A stretch of 58,837 nucleotides of DNA from Bacteroidales bacterium. GTDB lineage: Bacteria; Bacteroidota; Bacteroidia; Bacteroidales; ML635J-15. The stretch is taken from the NCBI GenBank assembly GCA_028702535.1, contig JAQVOR010000003.1, forward strand, positions 1-58,837, given 5' to 3'. This document shows, piece by piece, positions 27,765-37,690 of the stretch (position 1 is its first letter; each line of letters begins with the position of its first letter). A program made the translations under genes and the position numbers. The notes below the pieces were generated by a model. It saw nothing but the letters and a program-made list of their open reading frames with translations, ran no database searches and was not told the origin of the DNA.

Positions 27765-28531
27765 TGAGAAAACTAATAAGATTTTTTGTAAGACATATTC
27801 CCAGACCTTTAATGATAAGGTTTTCGAAGCTATTTTCATTTTTAGTACGTCCATTTTATATTGGAAATAAAGTTGAATGCCCTGTTTGTGGTAAGCAGTT
27901 CCGTAAATTTTTACCTTATGGCAATAAAGCAGGAGTTAATCGTTTATGTCCAAATTGTTTATCCTTAGAACGACACAGACTTTTGTGGATATATCTAAAA
28001 GAACATTCTGACTTTTTTACAAAACAAGCAAAAGTCCTACATATTGCTCCAGAACAGCCATTTTACAAAAAATTTCGAAAAGCAGATAATCTCGATTACA
28101 CAACTGGCGATATTGTTTCACCTCTCGCAGACATTCATTTCGATATTATGGATATTCCATTACCTGCCGATACTTATGATTGGGTAATTTGCAATCACGT
28201 TTTAGAGCATGTGGAAAACGACGTCGATGCCATGAAACAAATTTTAAAAATATTAAAACCTGGTGGCAAAGCGATAATGCAAGTTCCCATAAACTACTCA
28301 TATTCAGAGACTCACGAAGACCTTAATATTATCGACCCCAAAGAACGTGAGAAAGTTTTTGGACAATACGATCATGTTCGCTGGCATGGATTAGATTATC
28401 CCGAAAGAATTAAAAAAGCTGGATTCATAGTCGAAGAATTTAACATTAATAATCATTTAAGCAATGATCTTATCGAAAGATATAGACTCGATAAACGAGA
28501 AATTTTATATTTGGCTCAAAAAAAAGATTAA
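27764..28531 (+). CDS. Class I SAM-dependent methyltransferase with an N-terminal Cys4 zinc ribbon
   Basis: CPVCG...CPNC followed by a Methyltransf_11-like core (VLHIAPE, ICNHVLEHV, LKPGGKAIMQVP). The start overlaps the helicase stop (TAATG). Confidence 0.8.
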   Translation: MRKLIRFFVRHIPRPLMIRFSKLFSFLVRPFYIGNKVECPVCGKQFRKFLPYGNKAGVNRLCPNCLSLERHRLLWIYLKEHSDFFTKQAKVLHIAPEQPFYKKFRKADNLDYTTGDIVSPLADIHFDIMDIPLPADTYDWVICNHVLEHVENDVDAMKQILKILKPGGKAIMQVPINYSYSETHEDLNIIDPKEREKVFGQYDHVRWHGLDYPERIKKAGFIVEEFNINNHLSNDLIERYRLDKREILYLAQKKD

Positions 28532-28608
28532 GAACAGACGAACACAAAACAAACAAACTTTGCGTCTTTGCGTCTCTGCGAGAGAACAAAAAACCGATTA
28601 CATCTCCC

Positions 28609-29844
28609 CTAAATCATCCTTAAGCCCGTCTCTATACACTCCTTTCTATAAATCTCGAACTTGTCAAAATCAGTTGGGATTATTAACAGTTTTCCAGATT
28701 GTATTTCAGATAAAAAATCCCTAACTTCATTATTAAAATCAATTTTAAAACCAGCATTCTCAGTTTTTAAAAAGTAATTGATATTACCAATGATTATTTT
28801 TTTTGAATTTTCGGACGGAATAAGTGAAATAGAAAATGTATTATATTCTAATTTATTATTTTCAATTTTACGCACAAAACCATTTTCGGTAATATTATTA
28901 GGGGCAACCCCTGCCCCATTTGCAAGAATTTTGCGAAAACCAGCTTTTTGAAATCTATATTTATAATAAAATGAACAATAATTTACACCAATCTCCATAG
29001 AGTTTTCCTTGGCATATTTCAAAATTTCAAGTGCACTAATTTCAGATTCAAGCACAATTGGTCGCTCGGCGTTAATAAATGTATAATTGTGTTTAAATAA
29101 GTGTGGAGCATTATAATTTGTCAATCTAAGTTGATGCAAATTAAGATTTGATACACCTAATACTTCCAATGTTTTTAATAATTTCTGAAGCAAATGTGTT
29201 TTTTTAGGAACTGCGGGAATCTCAACAGTAATATTCGGTATCAAACCCGATGCAAGTTTGATTTTATCAGTATTATAATTTGTTGCACCTATATCAAACC
29301 TAATCTCATTAAGTCCAGCATCAGCGAGTTTGGTCATTTTCTCCCTATCAGCCAAAAGTCCATTTGTATAAATCCAGATATAGACATCAGGACAAATTTT
29401 GCGAACTGCTTTAAGATATTCGAGAGTTTTATCAAAATACAACAAAGGCTCGCCACCACTAAACGCAACACCTTTAAAACCGAATGCCTTGACATACTCT
29501 GCATACTCATCTGCCGATGGAAAATCAAGACCTTGAGTTGTCGGAATTGCATCTTGTTCTTGGGAAGCAGGACAATAAAAACAACTAGCGTTACATTTGT
29601 TTGTAATAAATAGACACGACCATTTACCTTCTCCACAAAGTTTACAACCAGGCGATATTGCACGATAATAGGGCTTTGTATTTTTAAAAAGCGAACTATT
29701 ATTACTTTCCAAAACAAATGAGTTTCGCTCATCTATTAGTGCGCTATCACGATAATAATTAAGCCAGTTTATCTCCTTAAATTCAGCAAAATCAAGCTTG
29801 TTTTTATTATTCAAACCATTTAGATACAAATCGAATGCATCCAT
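28609..29844 (-). CDS. Radical SAM enzyme of unknown function
   Basis: CNASCFYCP (CxxxCxxC) preceded by CKLCGEGKWSC. GGEPLL motif. About 130-aa C-terminal extension of unknown fold. Confidence 0.8.
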   Translation of the reverse strand: MDAFDLYLNGLNNKNKLDFAEFKEINWLNYYRDSALIDERNSFVLESNNSSLFKNTKPYYRAISPGCKLCGEGKWSCLFITNKCNASCFYCPASQEQDAIPTTQGLDFPSADEYAEYVKAFGFKGVAFSGGEPLLYFDKTLEYLKAVRKICPDVYIWIYTNGLLADREKMTKLADAGLNEIRFDIGATNYNTDKIKLASGLIPNITVEIPAVPKKTHLLQKLLKTLEVLGVSNLNLHQLRLTNYNAPHLFKHNYTFINAERPIVLESEISALEILKYAKENSMEIGVNYCSFYYKYRFQKAGFRKILANGAGVAPNNITENGFVRKIENNKLEYNTFSISLIPSENSKKIIIGNINYFLKTENAGFKIDFNNEVRDFLSEIQSGKLLIIPTDFDKFEIYRKECIETGLRMI

Positions 29845-30051
29845 AATATTTTAGTTGTGTTAATTTAAAAAATAGAAAAATCCAACAAATTACATTAGAA
29901 GATTAGATTTCAGAGAATATCACAAGACAAAGAAGGGTAATTTTGCGTCTTAAATATTCAGAAACAGTTTTTGATAGCAGATGTAATTTGCTCATTAATA
30001 AAAGTATATACAACAAAAATACACATTAATTCTGTAAAAAAACTAAAATAA

Positions 30052-30747
30052 TTACAAAAGAGATGTTTTAGGCAACTCCCAATCTATCGGTTCAATCCCA
30101 TTTTTAATTAAATATTCGTTAGTTTTAGAAAAATGCTTACAACCAAAAAAGCTTTTATAAGCTCCAAGAGGCGATGGATGAGAAGCTTTAAGCACCAAAT
30201 GTTTAGATTGATCAATCAATATTTCCTTAGTTTTAGCGAAATTTCCCCACAATAAAAAAACTATATTATTTTGTTTTTCGCTAATTATTGAGATAATGCT
30301 GTCAGTAAAAATTTCCCAGCCTTTTTTTTGATGCGAGCCAGCGGTATGAGCACGAACAGACAAAGTAGCATTGATTAAAAACACTCCTTGTTTTGCCCAA
30401 GTTTCCAAATTACCATGATTAGGAATTTCAAAACCTACATCAGTATTAAGCTCTTTATAAATATTTTTCAAAGATGGCGGAATTTTAACTCCATAAGAAA
30501 CAGAAAAGCACAAACCGTGAGCTTGCCCCACTCCATGATAAGGGTCTTGACCAATAATTACGACTTTTACCTTATCAAAAGGAGTAAAATCGAAAGCTGC
30601 AAACATTTTAGAGATAGGAGGAAAAACCTCATATTTAGAACGCTCTTCGACAATAAAATCATTTAATTTACTAAAATAATCACTCTCAAACTCTTCTGCT
30701 AACTGATTACACCATGATTTTTCAATTTTTACAGTATGCTTGGTCAT
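30052..30747 (-). CDS. ung: Uracil-DNA glycosylase, family 1
   Basis: VIIGQDPYH, GVFLINATLSV and HPSPLG motifs. Confidence 0.9.
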   Translation of the reverse strand: MTKHTVKIEKSWCNQLAEEFESDYFSKLNDFIVEERSKYEVFPPISKMFAAFDFTPFDKVKVVIIGQDPYHGVGQAHGLCFSVSYGVKIPPSLKNIYKELNTDVGFEIPNHGNLETWAKQGVFLINATLSVRAHTAGSHQKKGWEIFTDSIISIISEKQNNIVFLLWGNFAKTKEILIDQSKHLVLKASHPSPLGAYKSFFGCKHFSKTNEYLIKNGIEPIDWELPKTSLL

Positions 30748-30770
30748 ATTAGGATATAAATTTAAAAATG

Positions 30771-31487
30771 CTAATTAAATATTTTTTGCAAATCTTCTAT
30801 CTGTACTGGTTTTTCGTTAGTAATAAAAACATTTTCTCTTAAAAACCCACCATATTGATTAATCTCCTCAACAATTTTCTGTATCAAATCAATCAGATTT
30901 ACATATAATGGAACTAAAACAGTACAAAGCGTAAATTCTTGCACAAACTCAGTTTTTTCAATTTCGCCTTCATTTTTTTTCAAGAAATATTCGATTTCAC
31001 CTATAATAATATTTTTTTGATAATCGTCATAAGTTCCATCAAGCGAGACAAAAGCGAAAACATATCTTAACTTATGACCTCTGCCCCCCAGACCAGAGGC
31101 AATATAAATTTTAGATTCCTCTAAAAGTCGAGACTCAAGAAGCATTCTACCCTGCTGACAAGCCAAAAAAGCCCAAGTTTTAATATCATCATTAGCATTT
31201 TTTAAATAATCCTCAAGCAATCTAAAACTCTCGACTTCGCCAGCCGTTGTGAGCATTGCAAGAATATCCTTTTTTCTTTCAATGGCAGTTTCTTCACAAA
31301 TTAATTCATTATACAATGCTTTAATATCAAACTCCTCTTCCATATCCGACACTCTTTGCAAAGCCCCAAAAAACTCTATTTGAATCTCTGAATCAACGCT
31401 GGTTTCAATTATCTGAATATTATTAGGGTGTTGCAATGCAATTTCCCTCATTTTCTCCAGCATGTCTTCTTGATTGTTTTTTTTCAT
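30771..31487 (-). CDS. Hypothetical cytoplasmic protein
   Basis: Start set at MKKNNQ. 238 aa. No motif recognised. Confidence 0.45.
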   Translation of the reverse strand: MKKNNQEDMLEKMREIALQHPNNIQIIETSVDSEIQIEFFGALQRVSDMEEEFDIKALYNELICEETAIERKKDILAMLTTAGEVESFRLLEDYLKNANDDIKTWAFLACQQGRMLLESRLLEESKIYIASGLGGRGHKLRYVFAFVSLDGTYDDYQKNIIIGEIEYFLKKNEGEIEKTEFVQEFTLCTVLVPLYVNLIDLIQKIVEEINQYGGFLRENVFITNEKPVQIEDLQKIFN

Positions 31488-31648
31488 TATCTGCACATTA
31501 AAATATGACAACAAAGGTAGTTATTATTTAATTACCACAAAAAAGGGCGAGCTAGCGATAAACATAAACTAGGTTTAGTTTTATCAAAAACAAGTACAAA
31601 AAAAGCAAATATTTGACAAAAAAATTAAAAATAAAAGCATATTACAAC

Positions 31649-31675
31649 AAAAAGCAGTCTCTTAAAAGAAACTGC
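31649..31675 (-). terminator. Rho-independent terminator downstream of the slyD-like gene
   Basis: Minus-strand RNA gcaguuuc-uuuuaa-gagacugc followed by U5. About 25 nt past the stop. Confidence 0.5.
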
Positions 31676-31700
31676 TTTTTTATTTATTATAAAATTATTT

Positions 31701-32156
31701 TTATTCTGCTGGTGCGTCTTCTACTTTAAGGATTGTACCAGTAAAAAACAAGTCTTCGCCAGCCAAAGGATGATTAAAATCTATGATAAGAAAATCTTCA
31801 GTAATATCATCAACTATACCGTCAAAAACATTTCCGTCTTCGTCTTCCATTGGAACATAATCTCCAATTTCAGGCAAAAAGCTACCTTCTTCTTCAAGAA
31901 ACATGTTTTTAGGAAACTCAGCATAAGCATCTTCGTCCTCGTCACCATAAGCTTCTTCTTTAGTTAAACTAAATTTAAAACTATCACCAGCTTTAAGTCC
32001 GATAAGCTTTTCCTCAAATGGTTCGAGCATTTCTTCATTTCCGCAAAGAAAAACTGCAGGTTCATCACTTTTTATGGACTCTATAAGTTCGCCATCAAAA
32101 GCATCAACAAACAAGTCATATTCAAGTGTTACAAGAGTTCCGTTTTTAATTTCCAT
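31701..32156 (-). CDS. slyD: FKBP-type peptidyl-prolyl cis-trans isomerase, SlyD-like
   Basis: 151 aa. DFNHPLAGEDL and an inserted IF-like domain. Acidic overall. Confidence 0.8.
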   Translation of the reverse strand: MEIKNGTLVTLEYDLFVDAFDGELIESIKSDEPAVFLCGNEEMLEPFEEKLIGLKAGDSFKFSLTKEEAYGDEDEDAYAEFPKNMFLEEEGSFLPEIGDYVPMEDEDGNVFDGIVDDITEDFLIIDFNHPLAGEDLFFTGTILKVEDAPAE

Positions 32157-32253
32157 GTCGTAAGTTTTAAAAAAATTTATAAATGTAATATTACATCAAA
32201 ATTTAGAAGATACAAAATTAAAATAAAATAATTGGTCGTGAGTATAAAAAGCA

Positions 32254-33765
32254 CTAATTAAACTTCTCCCCCATATCTTTAACAAAAAGAGTAGCAATGC
32301 CAGCAATAAGCAGCATTACACCGCCAAAAACAAGAGTATAAATAGCATGTTGATGGAATAAATGTTTTGTCATAGCACCTAAAATAGTGGCTGCAAGTAT
32401 TTGAGGCAAAACAATAAAGAAATTAAAAATCCCCATATAAATTCCCATTTTATGTTCGGGAAGTGCAGCGGTTAAAATCGCATAAGGCATTGATAAAATA
32501 CTTGCCCACGCAAGTCCAACACCAATCATTGGAATTATCAACATATCAGGATTGCTAAATAAATATATTGATGACAGACTTATTCCACCAATTACCAAAC
32601 AAATGGTATGAGTAATTTTGCGAGAAGTATATTTGGCTAAAACAGGTAATAAAAATGCAAATAAAGCTGCGGCTCCGTTATAAACGCCAAATAATACTCC
32701 AACCCAATCTGCTCCGTTGTTGTATAAAACAGATTTTGTATCGGAGGTTCCATAAATATGGTCGGTAACTGCTGCGGTTGTATAAATCCACATAGCAAAT
32801 AAAGCAAGCCACGTAAAAAACTGAACTACAGCCAATTGTTTCATGGTTGAGGGCATTTTTATCAAGTCAGAAAAGACTTCTACAAGTCCATTTTTTGCAT
32901 CTTTAAATTTTCGCATAGCCCAGCTAATAAGCATAAGAAGTGAAAATAAAAGCAAAATCGCTGCTAGAATATAAATTTCTTTCTCCAAGTCTTTTAAATA
33001 CACAAAAGCAAAAGTAAGTATGCCCAATAGAGCAAATATTCCGCTTAATTTAATAAATGAGCTATTTTTCGCAAACTCATCCGAATAATTCTGTGCTTTT
33101 CTTTTTTCTACATTTGCGGCTTCAAATTCCTTAACTTCTTCTGGCGAATATTCTTTTGTAGTTAAAACCGTTACAAGCACCGCCACAAAATAGACGATAC
33201 CACCTGTATAAAAAGCCCATTTTACAGAGGGTGGAATTACACCTTCGGGAGCAGTATTTGGAATCCCAAAAACATTAGTAAGAAGATAAGGCAATGCAGA
33301 TGCAACAACCGCTCCTGTGCCAATAAAGAAGCTTTGCATAGCAAATCCTTTTGTACGCTGTTCGTCGGGAAGTAAATCACCCACAAAAGCTCTAAAAGGC
33401 TCCATCGAAACATTTATCGAAGCGTCCATAATCCACAACATTCCGGCTGCAATCCACAATGTCGGGGAATTTGGCATTAAAATAAGTCCAATTGATGCAC
33501 ATATTGCCCCTGCAAGAAAATATGGTCTTCGTCGTCCAAGTCTTGTCCATGTATTATCGCTAAAATGTCCAATAATTGGTTGAATTATCAAACCGGTAAT
33601 AGGTGCAGCAATCCAAAGTATCGGAATGGTATCCATTTCGGCTCCAAGAGTTTGAAATATTCTGCTAACATTCGCATTTTGCAATCCAAAACCAAACTGT
33701 ATCCCTAAAAACCCAAAACTCATGTTCCAGATTTGCCAAAAACTTAAACGTGGTTTTCTTTTCAT
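32254..33765 (-). CDS. MFS sugar:cation symporter (GPH/SLC45-like), probable maltose or maltodextrin importer
   Basis: 12 predicted TM helices. GRRRPYFLAG loop motif. Last gene of the starch locus. Confidence 0.75.
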   Translation of the reverse strand: MKRKPRLSFWQIWNMSFGFLGIQFGFGLQNANVSRIFQTLGAEMDTIPILWIAAPITGLIIQPIIGHFSDNTWTRLGRRRPYFLAGAICASIGLILMPNSPTLWIAAGMLWIMDASINVSMEPFRAFVGDLLPDEQRTKGFAMQSFFIGTGAVVASALPYLLTNVFGIPNTAPEGVIPPSVKWAFYTGGIVYFVAVLVTVLTTKEYSPEEVKEFEAANVEKRKAQNYSDEFAKNSSFIKLSGIFALLGILTFAFVYLKDLEKEIYILAAILLLFSLLMLISWAMRKFKDAKNGLVEVFSDLIKMPSTMKQLAVVQFFTWLALFAMWIYTTAAVTDHIYGTSDTKSVLYNNGADWVGVLFGVYNGAAALFAFLLPVLAKYTSRKITHTICLVIGGISLSSIYLFSNPDMLIIPMIGVGLAWASILSMPYAILTAALPEHKMGIYMGIFNFFIVLPQILAATILGAMTKHLFHQHAIYTLVFGGVMLLIAGIATLFVKDMGEKFN

Positions 33766-33784
33766 GAAAACTATTTTATCAATA

Positions 33785-36706
33785 TTACAATTTTATCATT
33801 TTCCCACTAATAACAGAACTACCCGTTCGTATCATATAAAAATAATTACCTGTTTGGTTTTCATCAGTAAGTAAAAATTCAAATTTATTTCGTCCTTTTA
33901 AAGCGGCATAAGATTTTTGCTCTATTAACTGCCCAGTTGTATTAAATATTAGAATCTCAACATTCTCAGTTTGTTTTAAAGAGAATTCCACTACAAATCT
34001 TTCATTAAAAGGGTTTGGATATATGGTTGTGTTAAAAATATCGCCAATAATTCCAGGTACTGAATTTTCGTTTGAGGCAGTATCAAGGGTAAAATCAGGA
34101 ATACTTAGCCTTTTATCGGTATAAATGTGAAATTCGCCAGGTTGATAATCGAAAGAAAAGTTTTGCTCTTCAGTCATATTTTCATCAATCACAATAGTAT
34201 CTCCAGTAAAATAATCGTACCATTCTCCAGCATGCGAAAACTCTGGCCAAACAGATTGACTTACAACATTAAAATTTCCCAAAACAACGACTTGCATTTC
34301 GGCGTTAACATATCCGTCATCCCAAAGCCTAATTCTTTTATCATAAGCGGCAGTACTCATTTCGTAATTTGATGTACGGAAAATATTATAATCAGTTTTC
34401 AGATCAATAAGAGCTTTATAAACTTTATATAGATATTGCCTCTCTCCTTCTTTCATATAATCCCATCTTGGAGGTTTTTTATCTGTACGAGTAGCTCCTG
34501 GATCCTCAATTCCGGGCCAATTTATAGAATAATCATAACCACGTTCTCCAAATTGCCAGAACATTTTTGGACCAGGAACTGTAAAAAAGAAAGCCGCTAC
34601 TTGTCCCATTCGCTCCAATGCAGTTTCTTTATTTTTTGTAGAATATATTGTATCGTTTCCTACAACATTCACATTACCATAAGTATAACATTTGTACATC
34701 AAGCGTTCTTCGTCATGCGACTCCATATATCCTACTAAATTATGTTGTCCTAAGCTATTTCCCTGATAATGTTGGTACGAAACTCCGAATTTAAAGTCAG
34801 AATTATCGGGATATCCCATTGTAGCTTGCGAATACTGTTCATTTGCAGCCATTCCACACCAAAGCATAAAACCGTAATCCGACAAAGTTTTTTCTTCGTC
34901 AAATCCTGCAAGATGTTCTAAAATCATATATGTTCCAGGATGTTTTTGCCAAACTTTATCAGCTAATCTCTTAATATTATTGACTCGCACAACATCATAA
35001 TTTCCCCATGCACCAACATCTGTCCAATTTATATCGCCATTTTCGTCATATCCAACTGTAACAGTATTTGTAAATCCTTTTGAAAGATCAAGTCTGTATC
35101 CATCGATATTATACTCACTAATCCAATATGATAAAACTGAGTCCACAAAATTTTTGGTATAAATGCTCTCATGGTCAAAATCGTTATGATATCCGTAAGG
35201 ATGTGGAATTAACTCATTAAACCATGGGTTTTGCCATGTAGGTCGCTGTTTTTCTTTGTTGTAATACAGTCGTGCCATTGGGTTTTGTCCGCTGGCATGA
35301 TTTAAGACCATATCCACAATAACTGCAATTCCGTTTTGATGACAAACATCAACAAATTCTTTTAACATATCCGAAGTCCCATAACATTTATCGGGAGCAA
35401 AGAAAAAAGCTGGCATATAGCCCCAACTATCATTTCCGTCATATTCATTAATAGGCATCAACTCAATTGCATTTATTCCAAGCCCAACAAGATAGTCGAT
35501 AGAATCTAACACAGTTTTATATGAATGCCACAGATGCCAATCGCGTACGAGCATTTCGTAAATTATCAAATCTCGACTATCGGGTTTTTCAAAATCTGTA
35601 ACTTGCCATTCGTAATCATTTCCAGTAGTCTTAAACACACCCACCATTTCGCTTGTCATACCAGTTGGATAAGGAATTAAATTGGGATAAATAACCTGAT
35701 GAATTTCGTTATCATTAAACGGGTCTAACAACAATTTGCTGTATGGGTCTGCAATATTTATATCAAAATCGACCAAATACTGAAATCGATATTCAGTATC
35801 AGCTTCTAATCCTTCTAATCTATACCACCATCTTTCTCCATCGGGGGTACGATTACATTGAAACTGAGCTTCGATTTGCCAATTATTAAAATCGCCAATC
35901 ATATAAACACGCTCTTTCCACGGTGCATTAAGACAAAATACGACAGTATTATCATCAATAATATTTATTCCGTCAATAATTCCTGCTGGCAAATTTGCGA
36001 CATTTACAGGCTGTTGCACTAAATAAAAAATGCTGTCCACTTGTGTATGACCTCCCGACTGATAAACAAATTTAATCCAATGTTTACCTGTTCCTGCTGC
36101 AATAATATTTGTAGTAAATACAGAATCATAATCTTGTGCAATCAGACTACCATCATGAAAAATATTTATCATTCCTTCGGTTCTTGCAGTAACAGTAATA
36201 TCAAAACTTTCGCCCGAGTTTGGGACTAAAGGAAAAATCATTGGAGCAGTAAAACGAGCATATAAATCATTTGTCCATAATGGAAGATAAATATCTGAAC
36301 CATCAGAATTTTTTCCAGCAATATCGCCATCTTTATCTCTAAACACATAACAAATATCTGTTACAGTTTCGCTTTGATGTATGCTATAAAACTTCTGGGG
36401 TTTGAATCTTATTTTATGAATATCTGAACCAATATTTTCCATTACTAAAATAGAATCGCCCTCTCCCCAATCAGCAATTTTATGTTTCCAATCATTTTGA
36501 TTTATACTTAGATTAGTTAATAATCCAGTATGGGCATAAACAGTATCTTGCCCAGCAAGCAATCCATTACCTTGCGAAGCATCATAATAAACAGTTATTG
36601 TGTCATTAATTGTAGGATAAATAGGTTCCCACGAAATTACCTGTGATATTACAATAAATGGAAAAAATAAAATTCCAATTATTAAAAATAGATATTTTTT
36701 TAGCAT
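33785..36706 (-). CDS. GH13 alpha-amylase/pullulanase-family enzyme with an N-terminal binding module, a CBM48-like domain and a T9SS type-A CTD
   Basis: GINAIELMPINE, VDMVLNHA, GYRLDLSKG, MILEH, YMESHDE. DFNNWQ. C-terminus IYPNPFNERFVVEF...KMIKL. Confidence 0.85.
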   Translation of the reverse strand: MLKKYLFLIIGILFFPFIVISQVISWEPIYPTINDTITVYYDASQGNGLLAGQDTVYAHTGLLTNLSINQNDWKHKIADWGEGDSILVMENIGSDIHKIRFKPQKFYSIHQSETVTDICYVFRDKDGDIAGKNSDGSDIYLPLWTNDLYARFTAPMIFPLVPNSGESFDITVTARTEGMINIFHDGSLIAQDYDSVFTTNIIAAGTGKHWIKFVYQSGGHTQVDSIFYLVQQPVNVANLPAGIIDGINIIDDNTVVFCLNAPWKERVYMIGDFNNWQIEAQFQCNRTPDGERWWYRLEGLEADTEYRFQYLVDFDINIADPYSKLLLDPFNDNEIHQVIYPNLIPYPTGMTSEMVGVFKTTGNDYEWQVTDFEKPDSRDLIIYEMLVRDWHLWHSYKTVLDSIDYLVGLGINAIELMPINEYDGNDSWGYMPAFFFAPDKCYGTSDMLKEFVDVCHQNGIAVIVDMVLNHASGQNPMARLYYNKEKQRPTWQNPWFNELIPHPYGYHNDFDHESIYTKNFVDSVLSYWISEYNIDGYRLDLSKGFTNTVTVGYDENGDINWTDVGAWGNYDVVRVNNIKRLADKVWQKHPGTYMILEHLAGFDEEKTLSDYGFMLWCGMAANEQYSQATMGYPDNSDFKFGVSYQHYQGNSLGQHNLVGYMESHDEERLMYKCYTYGNVNVVGNDTIYSTKNKETALERMGQVAAFFFTVPGPKMFWQFGERGYDYSINWPGIEDPGATRTDKKPPRWDYMKEGERQYLYKVYKALIDLKTDYNIFRTSNYEMSTAAYDKRIRLWDDGYVNAEMQVVVLGNFNVVSQSVWPEFSHAGEWYDYFTGDTIVIDENMTEEQNFSFDYQPGEFHIYTDKRLSIPDFTLDTASNENSVPGIIGDIFNTTIYPNPFNERFVVEFSLKQTENVEILIFNTTGQLIEQKSYAALKGRNKFEFLLTDENQTGNYFYMIRTGSSVISGKMIKL

Positions 36707-36728
36707 ATTAATTACAGAGTTTAAATTT

Positions 36729-37673
36729 TTATTTAATTACCTGTACTCTTTCTGTGTGAGATATATAATTATCTAATGAAATTTGCAACATATATATCCC
36801 TTGCTCAAATCCTGTGGTTTTAATTTGATGATTATACCAACCTATATTTTGTGCGTTATAAACTTCGTGCAGAACGATTTTACCAAGTGTATCAAAGATT
36901 CTAATTTGCACATCGGTATTATTTTTGATTATTTTAAAACTCAAATTAAATTCATTATTTGCAGGGTTTGGATAAATTGTAGTGTTATCGCTCAATGTCA
37001 TAATTTCGTCAATTCCAGCTTCATGAATATCAACAGTTATTGCAGGGAATTCAGGGCCCAAGATTTCAGAGCCTTGTTGCACTTTTGGATTACCAAGTAT
37101 GTCCACCAAAAATAAGTCTTTACACAATTTATCTCTTCCAGACGAGGATCCATCAATATTTCTGAATACCATCCCCATTGTATAGGGTTTTCCACCTAAA
37201 TTCACATTCCATGGCATTGAAGGTACTGCACTTGTTTCACCAAGTTGGGTACTAACATCTGCACTACTAAAATAATCTTCAATAATAAATTCAATAGAAT
37301 AAACTCCATTACCTTGCGCTGTCATTAAACCCACACCATCGTCCTCAGCAATATCGCCCCAATTTCCGACAACATGCTGCCACACAAGCGATTGAAAAGG
37401 AGTAATTTGTGAAAAACAAAAATTCTGATTTTCAGTTTCTGAGGAGCAATCTCTTACATCTCCTGGCAAATCGCAAGTACATAAACCTAAATGAGCATAA
37501 ACTTTATCCCAAGTAGCTGCTATTCCTCCACCGCCTCCTAAACTACAGCTTGGGTTTTCCATAAGTTTTGTATCTAAAATTAATTTACAATATGTTCTAC
37601 CTGTCCATGGAGTTTGAGAAAAAAGCATTGCACTTAAAAGTAAACTTACAAATATCAATAATGTCTTTTTCAT
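36729..37673 (-). CDS. Secreted T9SS type-A cargo protein carrying the same about 80-aa module as the amylase N-terminus
   Basis: Signal peptide. KVYAHLGL...GNWGDIAEDDGVGLM...YF module. C-terminus IYPNPANNEFNLSF. Confidence 0.6.
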   Translation of the reverse strand: MKKTLLIFVSLLLSAMLFSQTPWTGRTYCKLILDTKLMENPSCSLGGGGGIAATWDKVYAHLGLCTCDLPGDVRDCSSETENQNFCFSQITPFQSLVWQHVVGNWGDIAEDDGVGLMTAQGNGVYSIEFIIEDYFSSADVSTQLGETSAVPSMPWNVNLGGKPYTMGMVFRNIDGSSSGRDKLCKDLFLVDILGNPKVQQGSEILGPEFPAITVDIHEAGIDEIMTLSDNTTIYPNPANNEFNLSFKIIKNNTDVQIRIFDTLGKIVLHEVYNAQNIGWYNHQIKTTGFEQGIYMLQISLDNYISHTERVQVIK

Positions 37674-37690
37674 AATTTATTATTTTATTA

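Noticed and set aside
28609-29844. The radical SAM gene as the missing hydrogenase maturase (HydE or HydG).
   Set aside because: It is 23 kb from the hydrogenase operon. I did not recognise HydG or HydE C-terminal features by eye. I see no link beyond the shared superfamily.
32183-32196. Perfect 14-bp palindrome ATGTAATATTACAT between the MFS stop and the slyD start, considered as a terminator.
   Set aside because: It is an all-A/T stem with no loop and only a weak downstream T-tract. It could equally be a protein-binding site, so confidence is too low to list as a feature.
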